A stretch of DNA of 64,000 nucleotides, taken from the NCBI GenBank assembly GCA_030616605.1, contig JAUWWY010000002.1:118867-182866 (forward strand), in the 5' to 3' direction. This document shows, piece by piece, positions 29,719 to 39,231 of the stretch. A program made the translations under genes and the position numbers. Numbering within the stretch: the stretch's first letter is position 1; the number at the start of each line of letters is the position of its first letter. Below the pieces are notes generated by a model. That model saw nothing but the letters and a program-made list of their open reading frames with translations. It made no database searches and had not been told where the DNA came from. Source of the DNA: a bacterium (lineage in GTDB: Bacteria; Patescibacteriota; Minisyncoccia; Minisyncoccales; CG1-02-41-26).

Positions 29719-30835
29719 AAGTACTCTTTTGGCTACCGGGACCTTAATCGGAACCATAATAGGGGCCGGTATTTTTGGAATTCCCTATATTGTAGCAAAA
29801 AGTGGCCTTTTAGTTTCTCTTTTTTATTTTTTAATTATATTTCTTGTTTGTCTTGCTTTGAATTTGTTTTTTGGAGAAATTATTCTGCGGACTAAAGAAA
29901 ACCATCGTTTAGTGGGTTATGCTGAGAAATATTTAGGTAAAAAAACTAAAGTTTTAGTAGCTCTTTCAATAACTTTTGGAGTAATTGGCGCTCTCTTAAT
30001 TTATATTATATTAGCCGGCCGATTCTTAAGCATTATTTTTCCCGCTTGTTTGTCATCTTTTCAGTTTAGTTTGATTAGTTGGGTCATCCTCTCTTTTTTT
30101 GTTTTTTTAGGAATAAGATCTATTGCTTCTGTTGAGCTTTTAATGAATGTCGGACTTTTTGCTGCTTTTATTCTAATTTTTGTTTTCAGTTTTCCTAAAA
30201 TTGAAGCTTCTAATTTCATTTTAGCCGATAAAGCTTATCTTTTTTTACCTTTTGGAGTTTTTCTTTTTAGTTTAATTGGCTGGAATGCTGTGCCTGAAAT
30301 TGAGAAAATTTTAACCAAAAAGAAAAATTTAAAAAAAGTAATTTTTTCAGGGTTAACAATTACAGCCGTTTTTTATTTTATATTTGGTTTGATATTAAGC
30401 GGGGTTTCAGGAGAAAATACTACCAAAGAAGTTTTTGAGGGACTTTTACCTTTTTTGGGAAGTAAAATTATAGTCGTTGGTGGGATTTTTGGATTGTTTG
30501 CTGTTTCAACCTCTTTTTTAGTTTTGGCAAACTATCTTAAAAACACTTTAATTTTTGATTATCGTTTTCCTTATTTGTCCGCTTTCTTTTTAATTGCTTT
30601 CTTGCCCTTAGTTTTGTTTTTAGCCGGGCTAAGAGAATTTATCACTGTTATTGCTTTTGTTGGTACTTTTGTTGGTTTAATTGAGGGAATAGTGATTACC
30701 TTGATTTACAAAAGAGCAAAAAAACTCGGCCAAAGAACCCCAGAATATAGTTTAAAAATTCCAAGATTCCTTATTTATTTTATAATCTCGGTTTTGGTTT
30801 TGGGAACAATTAGCCAAATCATTTATTATTTCTAA
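29708..30835 (+). CDS. Amino-acid permease (aromatic amino acid/HAAAP-like)
   Basis: GTIIGAGIFGIP, about 11 TM helices. Confidence 0.85.
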   Translation: MRDKSTLLATGTLIGTIIGAGIFGIPYIVAKSGLLVSLFYFLIIFLVCLALNLFFGEIILRTKENHRLVGYAEKYLGKKTKVLVALSITFGVIGALLIYIILAGRFLSIIFPACLSSFQFSLISWVILSFFVFLGIRSIASVELLMNVGLFAAFILIFVFSFPKIEASNFILADKAYLFLPFGVFLFSLIGWNAVPEIEKILTKKKNLKKVIFSGLTITAVFYFIFGLILSGVSGENTTKEVFEGLLPFLGSKIIVVGGIFGLFAVSTSFLVLANYLKNTLIFDYRFPYLSAFFLIAFLPLVLFLAGLREFITVIAFVGTFVGLIEGIVITLIYKRAKKLGQRTPEYSLKIPRFLIYFIISVLVLGTISQIIYYF

Positions 30836-30851
30836 TTTATTTCGTAACCAC

Positions 30852-32099
30852 ATGAAATTTATAGCTGATTTTCACATTCATTCTAAATACTCAAGAGCCA
30901 CCTCTCCCCGGATGGATTTGGAGCATTTGGATAATGCTGCAAAAATCAAAGGAATTAAAGTTTTAGGCACTGGTGATTTTACTCATCCAGAATGGTTTCA
31001 AAATTTAAAAGAAAAATTAGAACTAGCAGAGCCCGGACTTTTCAAATTCAAAAACACTGACAAGAAAACTCGCTTTATTTTAACTTCAGAGATAAGCTGC
31101 ATTTATTCAAAAAATAATCGAGTTCGAAAAATTCACATTGTAGTTTTTGTACCTGATTTTGAGACAGTGGAAAAAATCAATACTCAATTGGCTTGGATAG
31201 GTAACTTAAAAGCAGACGGCCGACCAATTTTAGGATTAGATGCCAAAGAATTAGCCAAGATTGTTTTAAATATTAACTCTGATTGTTTAATTGTTCCGGC
31301 GCATATCTGGACTCCTTGGTTTTCTTTATTTGGTTCAAAATCCGGTTTTGACTCAATTGAGGAATGCTTTGAAGAATATTCAAAGTATATCTACGCCGGT
31401 GAAACAGGTTTGTCGTCAGACCCAAAAATGAATTGGCGATTGTCAGTCTTAGATAAAATTACCCTAATAAGTAATTCTGATGCTCACAGCCCGGCTAAAA
31501 TAGGCCGGGAAGCTAATGTTTTTGATACGGAATTGAGTTATCAAGCAATAATTGAGGCCATAAAACAAAAAGACCCTCAGAAATTTTTATATACAATTGA
31601 GTTTTTCCCTGAGGAAGGAAAATATCATTACGATGGTCATAGAAATTGTGAAATCAGTTTATCTCCTGAGGAAACAAAAAAATATAATGGAATTTGTCCT
31701 CGTTGCGGCAGACCCCTGACAATTGGAGTTTTGAGTAGGGTTGAGCAATTAGCTGACAGGCCCGAGGGATTTAAACCCCAAAATGTTATTCCTTATAAAA
31801 GTTTGATTCCTTTAGAGGAAATAATTGGCGAAGTTTTAGGAATAGGTGTTGGAACAAAAGAAGTGGAGCGGGAGTACAAAAATTTAATTGAGAAATTTAA
31901 TTCAGAATTTAATGTTTTACTTAATAGTTCCATTTCTGATTTAAAATCAGCAACTTTGCCGGAAATCGCTGAAGCTATTTCAAGGGTTAGAGAAGGAAAA
32001 GTGAAGGTAGAGCCCGGCTACGATGGTGTTTTTGGGAAAATAAGAATGTTTTCTGAAGAAGAAAAAAGAAGGGTTTCGGGACAAAAAAGCTTGTTTTGA
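30852..32099 (+). CDS. Endonuclease Q family PHP-domain protein
   Basis: ADFHIHSKYSRATS, GTGDFTHP, PAHIWTPW, SNSDAHS, GKYH, CPRCG. Confidence 0.88.
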   Translation: MKFIADFHIHSKYSRATSPRMDLEHLDNAAKIKGIKVLGTGDFTHPEWFQNLKEKLELAEPGLFKFKNTDKKTRFILTSEISCIYSKNNRVRKIHIVVFVPDFETVEKINTQLAWIGNLKADGRPILGLDAKELAKIVLNINSDCLIVPAHIWTPWFSLFGSKSGFDSIEECFEEYSKYIYAGETGLSSDPKMNWRLSVLDKITLISNSDAHSPAKIGREANVFDTELSYQAIIEAIKQKDPQKFLYTIEFFPEEGKYHYDGHRNCEISLSPEETKKYNGICPRCGRPLTIGVLSRVEQLADRPEGFKPQNVIPYKSLIPLEEIIGEVLGIGVGTKEVEREYKNLIEKFNSEFNVLLNSSISDLKSATLPEIAEAISRVREGKVKVEPGYDGVFGKIRMFSEEEKRRVSGQKSLF

Positions 32100-32143
32100 A
32101 AACTCAGAAAGATAAAATAAAAGTATAATTTAGTTTTAGAGAT

Positions 32144-32557
32144 ATGATTGAAGAATACCATTTTGGGTCAATAATAATTGATGGAAAAACCTATAACCAT
32201 GACCTAGAGGTTCGTTGGACAGGAGAAATTTTAGATTGGTGGAGGAAAGAATCTCATTTGATTGATGTTGGAGATATAAAAAGAGCTTTGGAGCAAAATC
32301 CAGAAGTAATTGTAATTGGAACCGGCGAATCAGGAATGGCCAGGGTTACGGAAGCTCTCCAAGAAGAAATAGAAAAGAGAGGAATTAAATTAATAATTGA
32401 TATAACCAGAGAAGCAGTCAGAACTTTCAATATCATCAACGAAGAATCCGAAGACTACAACCCGCCCACCACATCCTCCCACTCGCCTAAAGGCGAGCGG
32501 GCCCCTGAGGAAGGAAAGGAAACCAAAGTAATCGGCCTTTTCCACCTAACTTGCTAA
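32144..32557 (+). CDS. Mth938/DUF498-like protein with an 18-aa insertion
   Basis: YHFGSIIIDG, PEVIVIGTG, EAVRTFN, terminal FHLTC. Confidence 0.88.
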   Translation: MIEEYHFGSIIIDGKTYNHDLEVRWTGEILDWWRKESHLIDVGDIKRALEQNPEVIVIGTGESGMARVTEALQEEIEKRGIKLIIDITREAVRTFNIINEESEDYNPPTTSSHSPKGERAPEEGKETKVIGLFHLTC

Positions 32558-32680
32558 TATGGAGAATAATTGATAGGATTGTCCTGTCAGCGAGGTGTTT
32601 ATCCAAGTAAGTTTTTGATTTCTTTGTTAAAAGTGTTGACAAACTCTTTTTAAAGATTAAGATTAAAAAGGATTAGGAGT

Positions 32681-33148
32681 ATGGCGGAAGACAAAAAAAT
32701 CTATTTAACTAAAAAAGGAGAGAAAAAGATAAAAGAAGAATTGACGAAATTACTGAAAACAAGGAAACTTAAGTCAAAAAAGGACGTTCCCTCTGTTTTG
32801 CATTCGGAAGAATTAAACACTGAGTTTCTTACTTTTCGGGAAGATCTTGAATTTTTAGAATTGAAAATTAAGGAATTGGAATATATTTTAAAAAATTATG
32901 AAATCATTAAGATTCCTCCCAAAAAAGAAAGAGACAAAGTTCATCTAGGAGCTCAAGTTAAGGTAGAGGTTGACGGTCAAGAAGATGAATTTATGATTAT
33001 TGGAACACTCGAGGCAAATCCTACAGCCGGCAAAATTTCAAATGAGTCGCCGGTTGGCAAAGCTTTTATAAACCATAAAGTCGGAGATGAAGTAATTATT
33101 TCTTCTCCGGTAAAAGTAGTTTACAAGATTAAAGCTATAAAATATTAA
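32681..33148 (+). CDS. GreA/GreB family transcription factor (divergent acidic tip)
   Basis: YLTKKG, coiled coil, EANP..GKISNESPVGKA. Confidence 0.88.
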   Translation: MAEDKKIYLTKKGEKKIKEELTKLLKTRKLKSKKDVPSVLHSEELNTEFLTFREDLEFLELKIKELEYILKNYEIIKIPPKKERDKVHLGAQVKVEVDGQEDEFMIIGTLEANPTAGKISNESPVGKAFINHKVGDEVIISSPVKVVYKIKAIKY

Positions 33149-33192
33149 ATCTAATTAAAAGGGGCTGTTCAAACAGTTCTCTTTTTTTACTT

Positions 33193-34542
33193 ATGGGCAA
33201 CCTGTTTGTTTTTTTTAGAAATATCCAAGAATTAAAAGAAAAAAAGAGAAGAGGCTGGCTGCTTCATCAAATAAAAGATTCAGAGAACACTTCCAGTCAT
33301 ATTTTTAGAATGACAATTTTGGCTTGGCTGCTGGGTAGAAAGAAAGGACTGAATATCGAAAAAGTTATCAAGATGGCTTTAATCCATGATGTAGGCGAAG
33401 CCCTTACTTTTGATGAAACTCCTTATGACCCCCTTTTACCAAAGGGGATTGATTCAGCCCAAAGCAAGTCTCAAGTAAATGATATTCTTCAAAAATGGCC
33501 TAAATTTACCTTAGAGCAAAAAAAAGAAAAAGTTTCAAAAAAAGAACAAAGAGAATACCAGGCCTTAAAAAAAATCCTTTCAGACCTACCTTTATCTTTA
33601 AGAGAAGAAATGGAGAACCTTTGGCTTGATTTTGAGAAAGGACTTTCTAAGGAAGCAAGGTTTGTCAAACAAATTGATAAAGCCGAGAATTTTTTACAAG
33701 GTCTTGAATATTGGGAGAAATACGGCAGAATCCAGATTCATCTTTGGATAAGATGGATAAAGGAGATTTTTGATGACCCTTTACTAATAAGTTTTGAAGA
33801 AGCCATAGAGAGAAGATTTATTAAAAAGTCTAAAGGCAGAAAAAAAGACATAGATAAACTATTAGATTTTTTAATTGAGATTGGTGAGTTAAAAAACAAA
33901 GAAAGACCAAAATGGATTTTTAGAAAAGTTCCTAACCCGGAAAGAATAGCTGACCATAGTTTTGCTACTGCTATTATGGCTTGGGTTTTTTCAAAAGATA
34001 AAAATCTAAACCAAAGGAGACTTCTAAAAATGGCTTTAATTCATGAATTAAGTAAAGTTTATGCTGAAAGCACAAGGATTGAATACACACTTTCCCCAAA
34101 TCTTAGAGAGGAAATCAGAAAAATGATTAATGAACCTTCAAAATTTTCTCCCCTTAAAAGGGGAGAAATTTTAAAAGAACTTCAAAAAAAATACAAGAAG
34201 TGGCCTGAACTTTCTAAGAAAAAGAAAGAGAAGATTTTTGAAGAAAGATACAAAAAAGAAAAAAAATCAATTGAAAAATTAACTTTCTTTTTACCAAAGG
34301 AACTTAGAGAAGAAATAAGGGATTTATGGAATCAATATCGGAGAGGTTTAACTAGAGAAGGAAGATTTCTTCAGCAGATAGACATAACAGAGAATTTTTT
34401 TCAAGCTCTTAAATATTATCAAGCAGATAAAAATTTTCCAATTGAACCTTGGTGGAATGAAATAGGAGAAAAAATAGAAGAGCCTTTCCTTTTAAATTTT
34501 ATAGAATCTCTAAATAAAAAAGTCCCATTTGGAACAAGATAA
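33193..34542 (+). CDS. Tandem HD-domain protein (two YfbR/HDDC2-like units)
   Basis: Unit 1 RRGW..ENTSSH..KMALIHD..QIDK; unit 2 RPKW..ERIADH..KMALIHE..QID. Confidence 0.8.
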   Translation: MGNLFVFFRNIQELKEKKRRGWLLHQIKDSENTSSHIFRMTILAWLLGRKKGLNIEKVIKMALIHDVGEALTFDETPYDPLLPKGIDSAQSKSQVNDILQKWPKFTLEQKKEKVSKKEQREYQALKKILSDLPLSLREEMENLWLDFEKGLSKEARFVKQIDKAENFLQGLEYWEKYGRIQIHLWIRWIKEIFDDPLLISFEEAIERRFIKKSKGRKKDIDKLLDFLIEIGELKNKERPKWIFRKVPNPERIADHSFATAIMAWVFSKDKNLNQRRLLKMALIHELSKVYAESTRIEYTLSPNLREEIRKMINEPSKFSPLKRGEILKELQKKYKKWPELSKKKKEKIFEERYKKEKKSIEKLTFFLPKELREEIRDLWNQYRRGLTREGRFLQQIDITENFFQALKYYQADKNFPIEPWWNEIGEKIEEPFLLNFIESLNKKVPFGTR

Positions 34543-34634
34543 AAGAAGTAAGAATACCCTAAATTAGAAAAGAAATTAGGGTTTTTTTGTGCTACAATTA
34601 TCTAAGCGAAGCGAAAGCATAATTACAAGTGAAT

Positions 34635-35294
34635 ATGAAGATTAATTTAGTTCCCAATAAAGTTATAAAATATCTTGTTCTAAGTGATTTAGCTTTCTGG
34701 AGTGGTTGGGGATTGATTGCTCCTATTTTCGCCATTTTTATTGTTGAAAGAATTGAAGGAGGAAGTATTGTTGTTGTTGGAATAGCTTCAGCAGTTTACT
34801 GGTTCTCCAGGTCTTTATTTAGAATTCCTATTGGAATGTTCTTGGACACTCTGCCTTCAGAAAAAGATGATTATTTTATCTTGGTAGCCGGTCTTTTAAT
34901 AGCTGCTTTGGTTCCTTTTGGTTTTATTTTCGCCAAAATTCCTTTACATATTTATATCTTGCAATTTTTCTATGCTTTAGGTATAGCAATGTCTTTTTCT
35001 GGTTGGACTGCTATTTTTACTCGCCACATTGATAAAGGTAAAGAATCGACTGAATGGGGTTTAGATTCAACCTCAATTGGCTTAGGTGCCGGAGTTGGAG
35101 GAGCTGTTGGTGGTTGGGCAGTTAGCCAATTTGGTTTTACTTCTGTTTTTATAGCAGTTGGAATTTTAGGTCTAATCGGCGTGATTTTGCTTTTTGCCTT
35201 GAGAAAAGAAATAAAAGGGGTTTTTGAGCAAAAGACTTTAGATAACGGATTCTCTTCCTATTTCAGAAATATTTTCTATAAAGAAGGAAAATGA
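34635..35294 (+). CDS. Half-size (about 6 TM) MFS-like membrane protein
   Basis: MFS-like helices, PIGMFLD motif, only about 219 aa. Confidence 0.7.
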   Translation: MKINLVPNKVIKYLVLSDLAFWSGWGLIAPIFAIFIVERIEGGSIVVVGIASAVYWFSRSLFRIPIGMFLDTLPSEKDDYFILVAGLLIAALVPFGFIFAKIPLHIYILQFFYALGIAMSFSGWTAIFTRHIDKGKESTEWGLDSTSIGLGAGVGGAVGGWAVSQFGFTSVFIAVGILGLIGVILLFALRKEIKGVFEQKTLDNGFSSYFRNIFYKEGK

Positions 35295-35298
35295 TTTC

Positions 35299-37059
35299 AT
35301 GAAGAATCAGGAAATTGCTAAAATTTTTTACGAAATCGCTTATTTTCTAGAAATGGAGGAAGTGGCTTTTAAACCCTTTGCTTACCAAAAGGCAGCTTTA
35401 ACCTTAGAAACTTTTGAAGAAGATATTGAGGAAATTTACAAAAAAGGAGGAGAAACTGCTGTTGAGAAGATTCCAGGTGTTGGTAAAAGTATTGCTGCCA
35501 AAATTATTGAATATTTAAAAACAGGAAAGATAAAATACTACCAAGATTATAAGAAAAAGTATCCAGTAGAGATGGGGGAGTTAATAGCGGTTGAGGGACT
35601 GGGTTCAAAAATGGTCAGGGATTTGTATAAATATTTAAAGATCCGCAATTTAAAAGATTTAGAAAAAGCTGCCCGAGCTGGCAAAATCAGAAATTTGCCG
35701 AATTTTGGTCAAACGACCGAAAAAAATATTTTGGAAGGTATTAAATTTTTAAAGCGGAGTAAAGGAAGATTTCTTTTAGGTGAGATTTTGCCTCAAACCA
35801 GAGAGATTCAAGAGAACTTAAAGAGTTTAAAAGAAGTAGAAGAAATTAGTGTTTGCGGCTCAGTCAGAAGAATGAAAGAAACAATCGGTGATATTGATTT
35901 TTTAGTGGTGACAAAAGAAAATGAAAGGGTAATGGACTTTTTTTGTTCTTTGCCGGACGTAGAAAGAATCTGGGCTAAGGGTCCAACAAAATCTTCAATA
36001 AGACTGAAACAGGGATTTGATGTTGACCTGCGAGTGGTTCCAGCAAAATCCTACGGTTCAGCTCTACAATATTTTACCGGCTCTAAAGAACATAATATCC
36101 AATTGAGAAAAATTGCTATTAATAAAGGATACAAACTTAATGAATATGGACTTTTTAAAGGTTCCAGAAGAATAGCTGGCAAGAGCGAAGAAGAAATTTA
36201 TAAAAAATTAGGAATGAAATGCCCAGCCCCAGAAATTAGAGAGAACAGGGGAGAAATTGAAGCAGCCCTTCGTCAGGCTCAGGGCAAATCCAAGGGATTA
36301 CCGAAATTAGTTAAGCTAAAAGATATTAAAGGCGACCTTCATTGTCACTCAAATTGGAACGGCGGAGTCAATTCCATTGAAGAGATGGTTCAGAGTGCCC
36401 TGAGTCGGGGTTATCAATATCTTGGCATTTCCGACCACACTAAATTTTTAAAGATAGAACACGGTTTAGATGAAAGACAGTTAGCTCAACAGCGTAAAGA
36501 AATAGATAAACTTAATAAAAAGTTTCAAGATTCAAAGCTCCCGCCTGCCGGACGGGCAGGCAAGTTTCAGATTCTCCAGGGAGCTGAAACAAATATTCTT
36601 AAAGATGGCTCAATAGATATAAAAGACGAGGCTTTGAAAAAACTGGATTATGCTATAGCCGGAGTTCATTCAAATTTTAAAATGACTAAAGCTCAGATGA
36701 CAGAAAGGATTATTAAAGCAATGAAAAATCCTTATATCAAAGTTATTGCTCATCCAACCGGCAGGATTTTGAAAAGAAGAGATGAATATCAAATTGATAT
36801 TGATAAAATTTTGAGAATGGCCAAAGAAACAAAAACAATTTTGGAAATAAATTCTTTTCCCCAAAGATTAGATTTAAATGATATTAATATCAAAAGAGCA
36901 ATTGAGATGGGAGTAAAATTAGTAATAAACACAGATTCTCATCACAAAGACCAATTGAGATTTATGGAATACGGGATTTTCCAGGCCCGCCGAGGCTGGG
37001 CAGAAAAAAAAGACATCATTAACACCTACTCCCTAGAAAAACTAATTAAATTTTTTTGA
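35299..37059 (+). CDS. polX: DNA polymerase X / PHP 3'-5' exonuclease
   Basis: GSVRRMKETIGDIDFL, VDLR, YFTGSKEHN, DLHCHS, AHPTGR, NTDSH. Confidence 0.95.
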   Translation: MKNQEIAKIFYEIAYFLEMEEVAFKPFAYQKAALTLETFEEDIEEIYKKGGETAVEKIPGVGKSIAAKIIEYLKTGKIKYYQDYKKKYPVEMGELIAVEGLGSKMVRDLYKYLKIRNLKDLEKAARAGKIRNLPNFGQTTEKNILEGIKFLKRSKGRFLLGEILPQTREIQENLKSLKEVEEISVCGSVRRMKETIGDIDFLVVTKENERVMDFFCSLPDVERIWAKGPTKSSIRLKQGFDVDLRVVPAKSYGSALQYFTGSKEHNIQLRKIAINKGYKLNEYGLFKGSRRIAGKSEEEIYKKLGMKCPAPEIRENRGEIEAALRQAQGKSKGLPKLVKLKDIKGDLHCHSNWNGGVNSIEEMVQSALSRGYQYLGISDHTKFLKIEHGLDERQLAQQRKEIDKLNKKFQDSKLPPAGRAGKFQILQGAETNILKDGSIDIKDEALKKLDYAIAGVHSNFKMTKAQMTERIIKAMKNPYIKVIAHPTGRILKRRDEYQIDIDKILRMAKETKTILEINSFPQRLDLNDINIKRAIEMGVKLVINTDSHHKDQLRFMEYGIFQARRGWAEKKDIINTYSLEKLIKFF

Positions 37060-37096
37060 ATATTGATTTAAAGAATTAGTTTGTTAAAGTAAAATT

Positions 37097-37180
37097 ATGA
37101 AAAAAGATATTATCTGGGTTATTTTGGGAATAGCGGCTATTGTAATTATTTGGTTGCTCTCTAATTTACTCTACCGTTAA
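37097..37180 (+). CDS. Possible 27-aa single-TM small protein
   Basis: MKKDIIWVILGIAAIVIIWLLSNLLYR*; extended -10 TGtTAAAGT 6 nt upstream. Confidence 0.5.
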   Translation: MKKDIIWVILGIAAIVIIWLLSNLLYR

Positions 37181-37193
37181 CAATTTTTAAGAC

Positions 37194-37631
37194 ATGCCTT
37201 TTGAAAAATCAGCCGGAGCAATAGTATTTTGGAGAAAAAAAGGTGAAATTTATTACCTTCTTTTACATTATGAGATGGGGCATTGGGAATTTGCCAAAGG
37301 AAATATTGAAAAAGGAGAAACTTTAGAAGATACGGTTAAAAGAGAAGTTAAAGAGGAAAGTGGAATAGAAAATATTAAGTTTGTTGATGGGTTTAAAGAA
37401 CATATAAAATATTTTTACAAACTCAAAGGGAAAAATATTTTTAAAATTGTCACTTTCTTTTTAACTGAAGCAAAAAGCCCAAAAGTGAAACTTTCTTGGG
37501 AACACAAAGGTTTTAAATGGCTTCCTTATCAAAAAGCAATTGAACAGCTAACTTTTAAAAACTCAAAAGAAATTCTAAAAAAAGCAAATGAGTTTCTCAT
37601 AAAACATGAAAATATTAAAAAAACAAGATAA
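37194..37631 (+). CDS. Nudix hydrolase, Ap4A-hydrolase-like
   Basis: SAGAIV, HWEFAKG, Nudix box GE..EDTVKREVKEESG, LSWEH. Confidence 0.9.
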   Translation: MPFEKSAGAIVFWRKKGEIYYLLLHYEMGHWEFAKGNIEKGETLEDTVKREVKEESGIENIKFVDGFKEHIKYFYKLKGKNIFKIVTFFLTEAKSPKVKLSWEHKGFKWLPYQKAIEQLTFKNSKEILKKANEFLIKHENIKKTR

Positions 37632-37634
37632 AAC

Positions 37635-39128
37635 ATGGCAAAATTACATCAAGATTTAATAAACAAAGAGTTTCAATACAAAGATATTACTCTTTTACCT
37701 AATCGTCTTCCTGATTTTGAACGAGATGAGGTAGATTTAACAACTCATTTTTCTAAGAATATAGAACTTAAAGTTCCCTTAGTTTCCTCTCCAATGGATA
37801 CGGTTACTGGAGCTGAAATGGCAATCTTAATGGCTTTAGAGGGAGGAATTGGAGTAATTCACTACAATTTTCAGACCATAGATGAACAAATTGAAAAAGT
37901 TGAAAAAGTCAAGAGATTTAAAGCAGGGTTTATTCATAATCCTCTGGTTTTGTCTCCTCAAAATACAATCAAGGATATTTATGAGATTAACGATAAATAT
38001 GGATTTTTTAGTCTGCCAATTACAGAAGATGGAACCTTGAACTCAAAATTAAAAGGGATTGTCACTCACCGCGATATCAGGTATCGGGAAGATATGGAAA
38101 CTAAATTAGAGAAAGTAATGACCCCGAGAGAAAAATTACGAATTGCCTTTAAAAAAGACACAGTAGATAAAAATGATTTAGATTTTGTTCATAAAATTAT
38201 AAAAGAATATAATCTTGACACTTTGCCGATTATTGATAAAGATGATAAGATTGTTGCTTTGGTTACTGACAGTGATTTAAGAAAGGATAAAAAATATCCC
38301 TTAGCAACAAAAAATAAAAATAAACAATTGAGAATATTTACTGCCGTTGAATCAAGATTAAAATTAGCCAAAGAGAGAATTGGCAAGGGTTATGAAGCTG
38401 GAATTGATGGAATTATTATAGATGCCGGCATTGTCTTTAAGGAACAAATTGAAATTGCCAAATATTGTAAAGAAAATTTCCCCAGATTAGAAGTAATTTT
38501 AGGTAATGTTGGTTCAGGAAAGATGGTAGAGGAAATAATAAAAGGAGCTTCAAATTATTGTGATGGTTTAAGAGTGGGAATTGGCCCGGGGACAGCCTGT
38601 ATTACTCAACAAGAACTTGGTACTGGAAGAAGTCAGGCTTCAGCAGTTTGGGAATGTGTTCAGACAGCAAAGAATCTGGAGGCAAAATATGGTTTTATGC
38701 CAATTATTGCTGACGGAGGCATAAAAATCCCTGATTTAGGAAGTGGAGACATTCAAAAGCCCGGGGATATAACCAAGGCCTTAGCTTTGGGGGCTCAAAC
38801 AGTAATGATGGGGGGATTATTAGCTGGATTAGACCAGTCACCAGGTGAAAAGGAATTTGATTATAAAGAAGATAGAATGATAAAGAAATACCGGGGCATG
38901 GGTTCCCCAGAAGCTATGGAAAGAAGATCAGGAGTAAGATATGGAATGGATAAAGTAAAAATAAAAGTTCCTGAAGGAAAACTAATAAAAGTACCTTATC
39001 GTGGTTCTGGTTATGACTTTATTCCAAAACTGATAGCAGGAATAAAGCAAAGCTTGCAAAAACAAGGATTTAAAAACATTAAGGAACTCCAGAAATTTGC
39101 TGATATCCGTTTTTTACCCTCAGAATAA
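37635..39128 (+). CDS. guaB: IMP dehydrogenase with CBS domains
   Basis: SSPMDTVT, GIGPGTACIT catalytic Cys, IIADGG, KYRGMGS, VPEG. Confidence 0.92.
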   Translation: MAKLHQDLINKEFQYKDITLLPNRLPDFERDEVDLTTHFSKNIELKVPLVSSPMDTVTGAEMAILMALEGGIGVIHYNFQTIDEQIEKVEKVKRFKAGFIHNPLVLSPQNTIKDIYEINDKYGFFSLPITEDGTLNSKLKGIVTHRDIRYREDMETKLEKVMTPREKLRIAFKKDTVDKNDLDFVHKIIKEYNLDTLPIIDKDDKIVALVTDSDLRKDKKYPLATKNKNKQLRIFTAVESRLKLAKERIGKGYEAGIDGIIIDAGIVFKEQIEIAKYCKENFPRLEVILGNVGSGKMVEEIIKGASNYCDGLRVGIGPGTACITQQELGTGRSQASAVWECVQTAKNLEAKYGFMPIIADGGIKIPDLGSGDIQKPGDITKALALGAQTVMMGGLLAGLDQSPGEKEFDYKEDRMIKKYRGMGSPEAMERRSGVRYGMDKVKIKVPEGKLIKVPYRGSGYDFIPKLIAGIKQSLQKQGFKNIKELQKFADIRFLPSE

Positions 39129-39231
39129 AAATTTTAATAGAAAAACAGCTCTTTAAAAAACAACCGCGCCCGACATCGCCTTTGGCTCAGTCAAAGGCGG
39201 GTGGGCAAATCAAAAATAGGAGAAGATTAGA

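Noticed and set aside
39165-39206. Purine-related riboswitch upstream of the purF-like gene
   Set aside because: Only one hairpin is evident; I could not match purine, ZTP or PRPP riboswitch consensus by eye.
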